A DNA stretch of 64,000 bases from Candidatus Berkelbacteria bacterium (GCA_016213365.1 JACRAP010000023.1:15871-79870); one strand, 5' to 3'; positions 19,336 to 27,424 are shown, counted from the first letter of the stretch. The notes: generated by a model not told the origin, from the sequence alone. Made by a program: numbers and translations.

Positions 19336-22011
19336 CTACATCGTGCTCGAAATATCTCTAATTGATGCGGTTGTTACCCGCATTACTTCGTCCACTGTTG
19401 TTATTCCTTTTAAGGCCTTGATTAAGCCGTCTTGCATCATTGTTATCATACCCTCTTTTATGGCTTGATTTTTCAATTCCGAGGCCGGTACTTTTCTATT
19501 TGCCAGCGCTTCTATGCCCGGTGTCATCGGCAACACTTCGAAAATTCCAATTCTACCCAAGTAACCGTTTGAGCATTTAGCACAGCCCTTACCGTGATAA
19601 AAAGTTAATTGCTCTTTGTTGATATTTTTTAGCTGACCGGTCGGAATTTCAGAGATATGCTTTAGGGCAAAATCCTTTACGGCCGATGGCAACTCAACAT
19701 GCTCTTTACAGTTATCACAAATTTTTCTAACTAAACGTTGGGCGATTACTGCGTTAATCGACGAGGTAATCAAAAACGGCTCAACACCCATATTAATTAA
19801 TCGTGGTAAGGCGCCGGAAGCGTCGTTGGTGTGAAGCGTCGAAAGTACCAAGTGTCCAGTTAAGGCCGAGTGCGTTGCCATCGCCGCTGTTTCTAGATCG
19901 CGAATTTCACCGACCATAATTACGTTAGGGTCTTGGCGCAAAACCGAACGTAAGCCGTCTGCGAAGTTGAAACCGATTTGTGGTTTTACCTGTGATTGGT
20001 TGATGCCAGGGAGCTCGTATTCAACCGGGTCCTCAAGCGTCACGATATTTACCCCCGGTTTACTAATTCTATTTAGAATTGCGTAAAGCGTGGTGGATTT
20101 ACCAGACCCAGTCGGACCGGTGGATAGGATAATTCCAAACGGTTTGTCGATATTTTCTACCAGTCGGTCGAAGTTAGTGCCTGTTACGCCAAGTTGCTCA
20201 AGCGTTAAAATACCAGCGCTTTTGTCCAGTAAACGCATAACCACTTTTTCACCGTGAACGGTTGGTAACGTTGAAACACGAATATCAACCTGGTGTCGAT
20301 CGATAATAACATCGAAACGACCGTCTTGCGGAACGCGTTGTTCGTCGATTTTCATTTTTGAGAGAATTTTAACCCTAGAAATTAGCGGCGAGCTTAAAAA
20401 TCCTGGGACACGCAAGACATCGTGCAAAATACCGTCGATTCTGTAACGCACCCGAACTGTTTCTTTTTCGGATTCAAGATGAACATCGCTGGCTTTCATC
20501 CTAATTGCCAGAAAAATTGTTGAGGCGATAATCTCTGGGATTGCGCCCTTTTTATAAACATTTGCTAGTTCCTGTATGCTGGTGACTTCTTTTTGAATTA
20601 GGGCGTCAAGATTTTCGTTTTCAAGTGATTTTGTTTGCTCGCTAGCTAATTCTTCTAACTGCTCGTTTTGCAATTCGTTAGGTTTATTTATGATTTCACT
20701 TGCTTCGACCGTTACACCACCCTCTAGAGGCGGGGGTGGAATTTTTTTAAATGACGGTATTTTAGCGGGCTCGGTTTTTTGATCTTCGGGCTTGTTTTGT
20801 TTTAGCGCCCCTGGAGTTGGTTGTTCCTTTGGTTTGTCCGACTCAAATTCTCTGCTTGTTGAAATAGTTTGCTCTTTGGGTTTGGTTAAAGTTGGCGGTG
20901 TTGTAACGACTGCTTCTTTTGTGGGTTGTTGAGTTGGCGCCTGAACAGGTTTTGAAGGATAGAATTTCAGAGCGTGTGTTAGCGACTCCTCGTCGGTAAT
21001 ATAGCGATCAACCAAAACTTTATTTTTTTGCTCGATGTAATGCAAAATTTCTTTTACGTGGACGTTTTCGGGGTTTACAACCGCCACTTTTATTTGCGGT
21101 ACTTCGTAACCGCTACCGGATTTTGTTTCGCCAAAAACGACTAATCGATATTTACTTGCAACCTCCTGCGGAATTTTTTTAATAATATTTTGTGGAATTT
21201 CCAGTTTGCGTAAATCAACGTGTTTAATCCTTGGCTCAACTTCGTTGATTAAATCTTTTTTATTTAATGCCTGTATCGGTTGGAATTTTCCGAGGATTCC
21301 GCCGCTTTTTTCTTGTTCCTGAGGTTTTGGCTCGGCTTTTAATTCCGGCTTTACCTGTTCTACTGGTTTTACTGTTTCGGTTTTGGGTTGTAGCGGTACA
21401 GTTGGTTGCTGGGGCGGTAACTCTGGTTTTACCTCTTCTGGAGATTTTGTTTGTGGAGTTACTGTTTTGGGAACAGATTCAATGCTCGGTACTTTAGTTA
21501 GTTTAGCGGTTTCGGGGACAAACGGCTTGGGCATCGCCAGTTGTTTAACGCGTTGCTCAAGTACTTTTATTAACGCCTTAAGCTGGGCTGGGTTAACAAG
21601 CGACAAATGAATTCTAAGCCCTTTTTGTTGGCGGATATTAGCGATAATTTTGGGCGCGTCTTTTTGAAGTTTCGACGGTTTGCCGATCGCCAAATAAAAA
21701 TTATTGCCTTCGATTTTATAGGGTACAACTTGATATTGCTTAATTATCTCGATCGGGATCATCCGGGCAACTGCCGGACTAATTGGTACGTTTGTTAAAT
21801 TTACAATATCTAGATCGAAATATTCGGCGAACTCGTCGACAATCTGCTCGATAGTTAAAAGACCTTTTTCGATTAAGTAATTTTCAATCTGCTCGAGATC
21901 TTTGCCTTTTAAAATATCTTTAAACCCGGGCTTAAGTAGCTCTCGCTGAATTAACTGCGAAACAAAGGCGCTATCGGCTCTGCTAAAATTTCGGGTGGAG
22001 TTGAACGCCAT
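19336..22011 (-). CDS. pilB: Type IV pilus assembly ATPase PilB (GspE family) with an extended N-terminal region containing Pro/Lys/Glu-rich linkers
   Basis: Walker A GPTGSGKSTT, a C-terminal tetracysteine (CDNC...CAKC), and GSPII_E N-terminal domains. 891 aa versus about 570 typical, with long low-complexity PT/KPE linkers. Confidence 0.9.
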   Translation of the reverse strand: MAFNSTRNFSRADSAFVSQLIQRELLKPGFKDILKGKDLEQIENYLIEKGLLTIEQIVDEFAEYFDLDIVNLTNVPISPAVARMIPIEIIKQYQVVPYKIEGNNFYLAIGKPSKLQKDAPKIIANIRQQKGLRIHLSLVNPAQLKALIKVLEQRVKQLAMPKPFVPETAKLTKVPSIESVPKTVTPQTKSPEEVKPELPPQQPTVPLQPKTETVKPVEQVKPELKAEPKPQEQEKSGGILGKFQPIQALNKKDLINEVEPRIKHVDLRKLEIPQNIIKKIPQEVASKYRLVVFGETKSGSGYEVPQIKVAVVNPENVHVKEILHYIEQKNKVLVDRYITDEESLTHALKFYPSKPVQAPTQQPTKEAVVTTPPTLTKPKEQTISTSREFESDKPKEQPTPGALKQNKPEDQKTEPAKIPSFKKIPPPPLEGGVTVEASEIINKPNELQNEQLEELASEQTKSLENENLDALIQKEVTSIQELANVYKKGAIPEIIASTIFLAIRMKASDVHLESEKETVRVRYRIDGILHDVLRVPGFLSSPLISRVKILSKMKIDEQRVPQDGRFDVIIDRHQVDIRVSTLPTVHGEKVVMRLLDKSAGILTLEQLGVTGTNFDRLVENIDKPFGIILSTGPTGSGKSTTLYAILNRISKPGVNIVTLEDPVEYELPGINQSQVKPQIGFNFADGLRSVLRQDPNVIMVGEIRDLETAAMATHSALTGHLVLSTLHTNDASGALPRLINMGVEPFLITSSINAVIAQRLVRKICDNCKEHVELPSAVKDFALKHISEIPTGQLKNINKEQLTFYHGKGCAKCSNGYLGRIGIFEVLPMTPGIEALANRKVPASELKNQAIKEGMITMMQDGLIKALKGITTVDEVMRVTTASIRDISSTM

Positions 22012-22014
22012 TCA

Positions 22015-22281
22015 TTAAAAATTCTCGAAGGCGTTAGCGCGACCCAAATTACTTGAATCAACCGTTACCGGTACTTTTGTTGGAACTGTTAGTTTATTTA
22101 ATTGCTGTATAACTTCGTTACTACTAGAGAATAAATCCTCCGGAACGTTTTGTAAGGGTTTTGCTTCGGCAGTAATCGCTTCTTGTTTCGGTAGGTTTGT
22201 TAGTAAGGTAAAGACAAATGCGATTATCGCAACAAATAGTAGCGCAACGCCGATTAAAGTTTGAATTTTATTTCCGCTCAT
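22015..22281 (-). CDS. Small single-TM hypothetical protein in the pilus operon
   Basis: 88 aa with a TM helix IGVALLFVAIIAFVFTLL. Overlaps the upstream gene by 4 nt. Confidence 0.35.
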   Translation of the reverse strand: MSGNKIQTLIGVALLFVAIIAFVFTLLTNLPKQEAITAEAKPLQNVPEDLFSSSNEVIQQLNKLTVPTKVPVTVDSSNLGRANAFENF

Positions 22282-22829
22282 TGGTTTCCTCCCCCTTGAT
22301 ATACTAACCCAAGTTGCATCGTTACGGTTAATATTCCGCTTTTATCAGCAGAGATGGTTTGTGACTGAACTTTTGCGGTTCTGATATTTGTATTTATTGC
22401 GCTAATAAATTTAGTAACGCTTGTTAGCGTGCCGTTAAAAGATACTGTAACCGGAACTTCTGCAATTGTTGAGGCGTCGGTGCCTGGTACGGTTTGATTA
22501 GCTGTTGTATTACCGACCGTTACGCCTGAAAATACGATTCCGGAATTAGCGCCGATAGTCTCGATCATTACCAAAACTTCAGGAATTTGGTTTTGTTTTG
22601 GCATCGCTAAATACATCGCTCTTAAGGTTGATTGTACTTGCTCGCCTTTTTCTTTGATTTGTTTCAAATCAGCGATTCTGGTTTTGTACGATTCCAATTC
22701 AACTGAACGGGCTTTAGCATCGAGTGATTTTTCGCCAAAAACCGTAATTTGTCCGCGTAGAAATGCAAACCAACCAAAAACTGCCAGTATTAAAAGAAAT
22801 ATTCCTAATCGTGAGTGTTTATTTTCCAT
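22278..22829 (-). CDS. PilO-like pilus biogenesis inner-membrane protein
   Basis: N-terminal TM plus coiled-coil and a periplasmic beta domain. Position after the PilN-like gene. Confidence 0.5.
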   Translation of the reverse strand: MENKHSRLGIFLLILAVFGWFAFLRGQITVFGEKSLDAKARSVELESYKTRIADLKQIKEKGEQVQSTLRAMYLAMPKQNQIPEVLVMIETIGANSGIVFSGVTVGNTTANQTVPGTDASTIAEVPVTVSFNGTLTSVTKFISAINTNIRTAKVQSQTISADKSGILTVTMQLGLVYQGGGNQ

Positions 22830-23422
22830 TATTTAACCTTACTTAAATCTATTTGAGCTGAAATAGAAAAAGTTACCCTTCTAGCATCTTCGCCGCTGGT
22901 AAAACCGTTACTGGTTAATGCAACCGAGCTAAATGGAGTAGCAGAACTTTGCGTACCGTTTTGCCATGAAACTAATAAATGAGCGAGACTGGAGAGTGTA
23001 GCGGTTTCGCCGTCAGCTTTAAAGGCGCCGTTACTGGAGATATTGATAGCGGTAAGACGAACATTCTTAGGGGTAACGGCGTTTAGTTTAGCGTAAAAAC
23101 CGTTCCAATTTAACTTGCTAGCCAGGACGGTTGAAAGTTTTTCGCTACCGGTTAGTACTTCTTCAACTTGTTTATTGAGATTTTTATATTCTTCGGAGTT
23201 AAGTTCGGTTTTAGCTTGCTGAATATCACTCTGAAGTTTTTCAATTTTGTTGGTTTGGAAAAAATTTAAACCAAACATTAAGGCAATCTCGATCGCTACA
23301 ACTACGAAGATGATTTTACCAAAAATATCGAGCGGCTTGCCCGAATCTTCAACAGATGCAATCGGGTCTTGCGGGTCTTGCTCGTGCGGCTCTTTTGTAA
23401 CTAAGCGATCTTGAGTATCCAA
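22829..23422 (-). CDS. PilN-like pilus biogenesis protein
   Basis: Cytoplasmic N-terminus, single TM (IIFVVVAIEIALMFGL), and a coiled-coil periplasmic region. First gene of the operon; no pilM seen. Confidence 0.5.
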   Translation of the reverse strand: MDTQDRLVTKEPHEQDPQDPIASVEDSGKPLDIFGKIIFVVVAIEIALMFGLNFFQTNKIEKLQSDIQQAKTELNSEEYKNLNKQVEEVLTGSEKLSTVLASKLNWNGFYAKLNAVTPKNVRLTAINISSNGAFKADGETATLSSLAHLLVSWQNGTQSSATPFSSVALTSNGFTSGEDARRVTFSISAQIDLSKVK

Positions 23423-23522
23423 CGCCCCTCCTTTTTTATCCTATGAATTTACTTTACTTGGCATTACTAGAAGCTGTCAACATTTGTAAGTTTGTAGTGA
23501 ATTATCTGCTTTGAGATTATTG

Positions 23523-23598
23523 GCAGGGGCGACAGGAGACGAAAGTCGCACTGCGAGCTCCTAGATTCTCGCTGGCTTAGCTAGCTCGAAACCGAACC
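23523..23598. repeat. 76-bp direct-repeat copy 1 (tRNA-Trp 3'-end-like 16-mer, Shine-Dalgarno sequence and GTG start)
   Basis: gcaggggcgacaggagacgaaagtcgcactgcgagctcctagattctcgctggcttagctagctcgaaaccgaacc is about 93% identical to 24354..24430. Confidence 0.75.
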
Positions 23599-23642
23599 AG
23601 TAAATACAAAAGTTAATACTATCAGCTATTCGGCTAAGACTT

Positions 23643-24383
23643 TCATTCGTAGAATTGCGTCCACCCTTCCATCGTTCCCTCATTACGAAATGCTTGATTT
23701 AGCTTTTCTTCTAAATCTGGCTTCGACCTATAAAGACTCTTATAAAGATTAGGGTAAAGAGGTTGGAGATAATAATATTGGGGGTATTTCACCTTCATCG
23801 CTTCGTATAACCCCGTCCAGAAAGTAAATACTTTTTTAGCATCATAAAAGCAAATCTCGCTCGGTATCGCGTTAAGCCCCAACTTATGTGTTTTATAGGT
23901 TATCTGATCCACAACCCTCTTCCATGTCTTATCGTTAACTAACGCAAGTATCTGAACATTAATAATTTCCCTGTCATTCGTACGCTCAGTTTCATAGATA
24001 TGTGAGTGAGTGAGGGCGTTTCGCACTACTATTACTTCATCATAATCCTGCTTTAAGGGGTGCGTTCCTCCAATTAGTTTATTGAATTTACTGCCAACCC
24101 TTTCATTTAGTAAGTCGGCAGACCAATTATTATTTTTTATTAACAAATATATAACCCTGTTGAAGTACCCTTCTATACTATTAACTAACAGAATTATTGC
24201 CTCAGCTGCTTGAGTGCTTTCCCCGCAGGATATTGGCTTACCTGCTTTGTGATTTGGGTTCCTCTTTGAATACTCGTATGCCAATAAGTAGTGATTCAGG
24301 GCATCTTCAGCTGTAAAAACTGGGGATATTTCCAAATGATTCATATTATATTTTGCAGGGGCGACAGGAGACGAAAGTCGCAC
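23643..24383 (-). CDS. Hypothetical 246-aa protein bounded by the 77-bp direct repeats; possible HEPN-like (Rx4H) motif
   Basis: GTG start preceded by AGGAG at a 6-nt spacing, both encoded within repeat copy 2. Motif VVRNALTHSH. No integrase or transposase signatures. Confidence 0.5.
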   Translation of the reverse strand: MRLSSPVAPAKYNMNHLEISPVFTAEDALNHYLLAYEYSKRNPNHKAGKPISCGESTQAAEAIILLVNSIEGYFNRVIYLLIKNNNWSADLLNERVGSKFNKLIGGTHPLKQDYDEVIVVRNALTHSHIYETERTNDREIINVQILALVNDKTWKRVVDQITYKTHKLGLNAIPSEICFYDAKKVFTFWTGLYEAMKVKYPQYYYLQPLYPNLYKSLYRSKPDLEEKLNQAFRNEGTMEGWTQFYE

Positions 24384-24430
24384 TACGTGCTCCTAGATTC
24401 TCACTAGCTTAGCTAGCTCGAAACCGAACC
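24354..24430. repeat. 77-bp direct-repeat copy 2, followed by a 20-nt tRNA-Trp T-arm remnant (24425..24444)
   Basis: gcaggggcgacaggagacgaaagtcgcactacgtgctcctagattctcactagcttagctagctcgaaaccgaacc, then tgcgacctacggtt, which equals part of tRNA-Trp. Confidence 0.75.
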
Positions 24431-24457
24431 TGCGACCTACGGTTGACGTACTGCTTA

Positions 24458-24533
24458 TGGCAGGGGTGACAGGATTCGAACCTGCGACCTACGGTTTTGG
24501 AGACCGGCGCTCTACCAACTGAGCTACACCCCT
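24458..24533 (-). tRNA. tRNA-Trp (anticodon CCA)
   Basis: Manual fold of aggggtgtagctcagttggtagagcgccggtctccaaaaccgtaggtcgcaggttcgaatcctgtcacccctgcca: 7-bp acceptor stem, anticodon loop CUCCAAA, T-loop TTCGAAT, CCA encoded. Confidence 0.9.
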
Positions 24534-24722
24534 GCCATAAGCAAACTATCACAGCGCTCTTCCGGGGTTTAAGCGTCGCAAGTATGCGACAAGCTTAAAC
24601 CCGTCTCGGAGGCTCGAACTGAAACTGTTCAGTTCTCGCTGGCTCCTCGACCCAACTGAGCTACACCCCTAAGACTGGCAGTGCCAGTTACATAATTTTA
24701 CCAGTTTTTTATGAGTAATCTA

Positions 24723-24887
24723 TTACTTACTCTCTTTGTGAGTAGTCTTGGCTTTACAGCGATTGCAAAATTTGTTCAGCTCTAGGCGAACCGTCGTGTT
24801 GGTTTTATTCTTTTCGGAATAATAATTTCTTTCTTTGCAAACAGAGCACTCAAGTGTGATCGGTTCGCGAGTTTTTTTCTTTGCCAT
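24723..24887 (-). CDS. rpmG: 50S ribosomal protein L33 (54 aa); not in the supplied ORF track
   Basis: Manual translation MAKKKTREPITLECSVCKERNYYSEKNKTNTTVRLELNKFCNRCKAKTTHKESK shows the C4 zinc-ribbon L33 pattern. Confidence 0.85.
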   Translation of the reverse strand: MAKKKTREPITLECSVCKERNYYSEKNKTNTTVRLELNKFCNRCKAKTTHKESK

Positions 24888-24931
24888 GATTAGTAGTTAT
24901 TTTACCTTAAATAATTAATAATTTAAATACT

Positions 24932-25007
24932 TGGAGCCAGGAACGGGGATTGAACCCGTGACCTCGTCATTACCAATGACGTGCTCTACCAACTGAGCTA
25001 CCCTGGC
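24932..25007 (-). tRNA. tRNA-Thr (anticodon GGT)
   Basis: gccagggtagctcagttggtagagcacgtcattggtaatgacgaggtcacgggttcaatccccgttcctggctcca. Anticodon loop UUGGUAA; CCA encoded. Confidence 0.85.
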
Positions 25008-25011
25008 AATG

Positions 25012-25095
25012 TGCTGGGTGAGGGATTCGAACCCCCGAAGGCACAAGGCCATCGCGTTTACAGCGCGCTACGTTTGACCACTTCGCTAACCCAGC
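25012..25095 (-). tRNA. tRNA-Tyr (anticodon GTA) with a long variable arm
   Basis: gctgggttagcgaagtggtcaaacgtagcgcgctgtaaacgcgatggccttgtgccttcgggggttcgaatccctcacccagca. Anticodon loop CUGUAAA. Confidence 0.85.
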
Positions 25096-25742
25096 ATATT
25101 ATTTATTGCGTATCTTATGTCGTCCATTAGGTTATCCCACAAACGCTTGTCTGCATAGCGTATATGAACTAATCCGTTTTTCATTTTATCATTATGATTA
25201 CTGGTTAGTCCAGATTTAATATATGGTTTTGTAAACTGAGATTTAGGTATATCTAGTAGTTTAGACCAGTAACTAATAATTTTACCAACATCCCTATTTT
25301 CATGCGTGTATAAATAAACCCTTAGCTTCTCTTCATTGATTTGATAAATCTCCCTAAGCATTCTTAAGAAAATAGAAATTACTTGCGGATCTGAATTTGC
25401 TAGGTCTACAACACCGAATGATTTTTTTGAACCTTCACCTAGATATATAAAGAGTCCGGCAATAAATAACTCATTTTGTTTTGTGTTCAGTCTTGTTAAC
25501 TTCGAGTAACTCAATGGTTTTGATAAAAAAGTTAGCTTATTTGAATATACCGTTGTTCTTCTAGGAATTTCTCTCCGTTTAAGGGTTCTATATATTGACC
25601 ATTGAGAAATATTCAAAATATTTGCTATTTGTGGCGCACTCTTTCCCTGTGAATATAAATCACAAATCGATATATCTATATTTTCTTGCATTTGAATAAT
25701 AATACACAAATCAGTATCCACTTGCACTTCAAACCGAGCCAC
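25086..25742 (-). CDS. HTH plus LAGLIDADG-like (homing-endonuclease-like) protein wedged between tRNA-Tyr and tRNA-Thr
   Basis: N-terminal HTH (SAPQIANILNISQWSIYRTLKR) followed by ELFIAGLFIYLGEGSKK, which resembles a LAGLIDADG motif (GLxIxLG-acidic-G). The ORF ends overlap both flanking tRNA genes; alternative start at the MQEN Met (25691). Confidence 0.45.
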   Translation of the reverse strand: MARFEVQVDTDLCIIIQMQENIDISICDLYSQGKSAPQIANILNISQWSIYRTLKRREIPRRTTVYSNKLTFLSKPLSYSKLTRLNTKQNELFIAGLFIYLGEGSKKSFGVVDLANSDPQVISIFLRMLREIYQINEEKLRVYLYTHENRDVGKIISYWSKLLDIPKSQFTKPYIKSGLTSNHNDKMKNGLVHIRYADKRLWDNLMDDIRYAINNMLG

Positions 25743-25808
25743 CTGTCGGATTCGGACCGACGACCTGCTGTTTACAAAACAGCTGCTCTACCGCTGAGCT
25801 AAGGTGGC
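25737..25808 (-). tRNA. tRNA-Thr (anticodon TGT)
   Basis: gccaccttagctcagcggtagagcagctgttttgtaaacagcaggtcgtcggtccgaatccgacaggtggct. Anticodon loop UUUGUAA. Confidence 0.85.
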
Positions 25809-25854
25809 AATAACCATACAATTTTACCAAAACTAGCAACAAATCTCTAGATAA

Positions 25855-26502
25855 CTAACCGTTTAATAGCTGTTCTAACAGCTGTCGGTATTTCTGCGTA
25901 ACTGGATCAAGCGTTATTGCTTCGCGCACGCTGGCAATCGCTTTTTGGGTGTCGCCGTTTCCCATATACGCCAGCGATAAATTATAGTGCCGGCTCGGGT
26001 TGTACTTATCTAGTTTTGCCGCAACTTTCAGCGACTCGATCGCATCTGAAAAATTCTTTTGCTGTAAATATAACAAGCCGAGTCTGGCGTAAACTTTCGG
26101 GTCGCCCGGGTTACTGGTTGCGGCCTTAATAAATAACTTTTCTGCTTGTTCGAAGTCCCCTCTTTTAAACAATTTGTCCGCTTCGTCGAAGTGCGACGAA
26201 ATCTCGACCCTACTTACGGGCGACTCTTCGTCCCAAAAGGCGTATGAATTAGAGCTACTTACCCGAGTAGGCGTACTTTTTACGCCACCGCGATTTTTTA
26301 ACTTGGATTTAAATAAATAAGTAAGTTCTGTTCCTATACTTAAAATTAATTTCACTACCCATGCTAAGCCACTAATAAAAACGTTGGGCGCGCCGCTAGC
26401 GGAGTTTGAGATATTTTTAATAGCAGCTGCTCCGGCAGATTTACGCAGTAAAATTATTATAACCAGTGCCACCGCAGTAAAAAATATAACCTGACTCCAC
26501 AT
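25855..26502 (-). CDS. Membrane-anchored tetratricopeptide (TPR) repeat protein
   Basis: N-terminal TM and C-terminal TPR-like repeats (AEKLFIKAATSNPGDPKVYARLGLLYLQQKNFSDAIESLKVAAKLD...). Confidence 0.7.
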   Translation of the reverse strand: MWSQVIFFTAVALVIIILLRKSAGAAAIKNISNSASGAPNVFISGLAWVVKLILSIGTELTYLFKSKLKNRGGVKSTPTRVSSSNSYAFWDEESPVSRVEISSHFDEADKLFKRGDFEQAEKLFIKAATSNPGDPKVYARLGLLYLQQKNFSDAIESLKVAAKLDKYNPSRHYNLSLAYMGNGDTQKAIASVREAITLDPVTQKYRQLLEQLLNG

Positions 26503-26507
26503 AGTAA

Positions 26508-27104
26508 CTACTCTTTACCTGATTCTCGGGTAATTCGCAAGGTTAAATCGTCAATTACGATTTTTGTGTTAGCGTTACTGGAAATTCTATTGATCGCATT
26601 ATCAATAGCGATAACTTTTTTAACAGATACGGCGTTGGGTTCTTTTAGCATTTCGGCCTTTGCGCCGCCAAGTAATTTACTCAATTCAGCTATCATATCC
26701 GGTCTTTCTTTAATTTTAACTAAATTATTTACGCGACTGTCCCAATCAATTTTTTCCGATTCGACAAATTGTGAGCCAATTTTATTTTCAATTCTCGAGC
26801 GAAGCGTCGGCAACAATACTTCTATATTATTTAACTCGAAAACTATCGTCAGCTTTGCCGGCGGTTCTTCCACGATTTTTAACAAGGAATTTTGAGATAT
26901 TTCGCTTAGTTTGTTTGCCTCTTCTACCCAAAGAATTCTTCGGCTACCAAACGGCGATTGATGGGCTTGGTTAATCACGCGCCTAATTTCTTCGATTGGG
27001 ATCGAACCGTTAAATAACACAAAATCAACCCTTTCTACTCCTAGTTGCGCTAAAAGCTCGTTTGTTGGTTTAAAATTTACCGCATACGAACGCCCAATTA
27101 ACAT
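26508..27104 (-). CDS. holB: DNA polymerase III delta-prime subunit-like protein, short (lacks about 60 N-terminal residues)
   Basis: ILWVEEANKLSEISQNSLLKIVEEPPAKLTIVFELNNIEVLLPTLRSRI aligns with the delta-prime region VVWVTDAALLTDAAANALLKTLEEPP...LLATLRSRC (sensor motif). Confidence 0.6.
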   Translation of the reverse strand: MLIGRSYAVNFKPTNELLAQLGVERVDFVLFNGSIPIEEIRRVINQAHQSPFGSRRILWVEEANKLSEISQNSLLKIVEEPPAKLTIVFELNNIEVLLPTLRSRIENKIGSQFVESEKIDWDSRVNNLVKIKERPDMIAELSKLLGGAKAEMLKEPNAVSVKKVIAIDNAINRISSNANTKIVIDDLTLRITRESGKE

Positions 27105-27133
27105 GCTCGAATTGTACTAATAATTCTGTTAGA

Positions 27134-27424
27134 ATGAAATCAATGGAATTTCAGGATAAAACACTTATTTGTAAAGAATGCGGTAACGAATTTGTTTGGA
27201 CCGCTGGCGAACAAGAATTCTTCGCCCAAAAAGGATTTAGAAACAAACCAACCCGCTGTAAAGATTGCCGAAAAGTTAACCGTCAAAAAGTTGAGGCCGA
27301 ATACTTTAAGATTACTTGCTCGGGTTGCGGCCAGATCGGCGAGGCGCAATTTCAGCCAAGCGATAAAGAGGCAAAAATATTTTGTAAGAATTGCTTTGAA
27401 ACAAGAGTGCTAGTTAAGCAATAA
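27134..27424 (+). CDS. Zinc-ribbon domain protein (two CxxC pairs)
   Basis: CKECGNEFVWTAGEQEFFAQKGFRNKPTRCKDCR plus a second CSGCG...CKNC pair. 96 aa. Confidence 0.5.
   Translation: MKSMEFQDKTLICKECGNEFVWTAGEQEFFAQKGFRNKPTRCKDCRKVNRQKVEAEYFKITCSGCGQIGEAQFQPSDKEAKIFCKNCFETRVLVKQ

Noticed and set aside
24564-24670. Possibility that the tRNA-Trp 5' fragment plus the long hairpin form an additional intact tRNA (for example a type II or intron-containing tRNA).
   Set aside because: No acceptor-stem partner (ACACCCC or CACCCCT) exists downstream, and no T-arm could be paired. It is treated as a truncated tRNA-Trp duplicate plus a separate hairpin.
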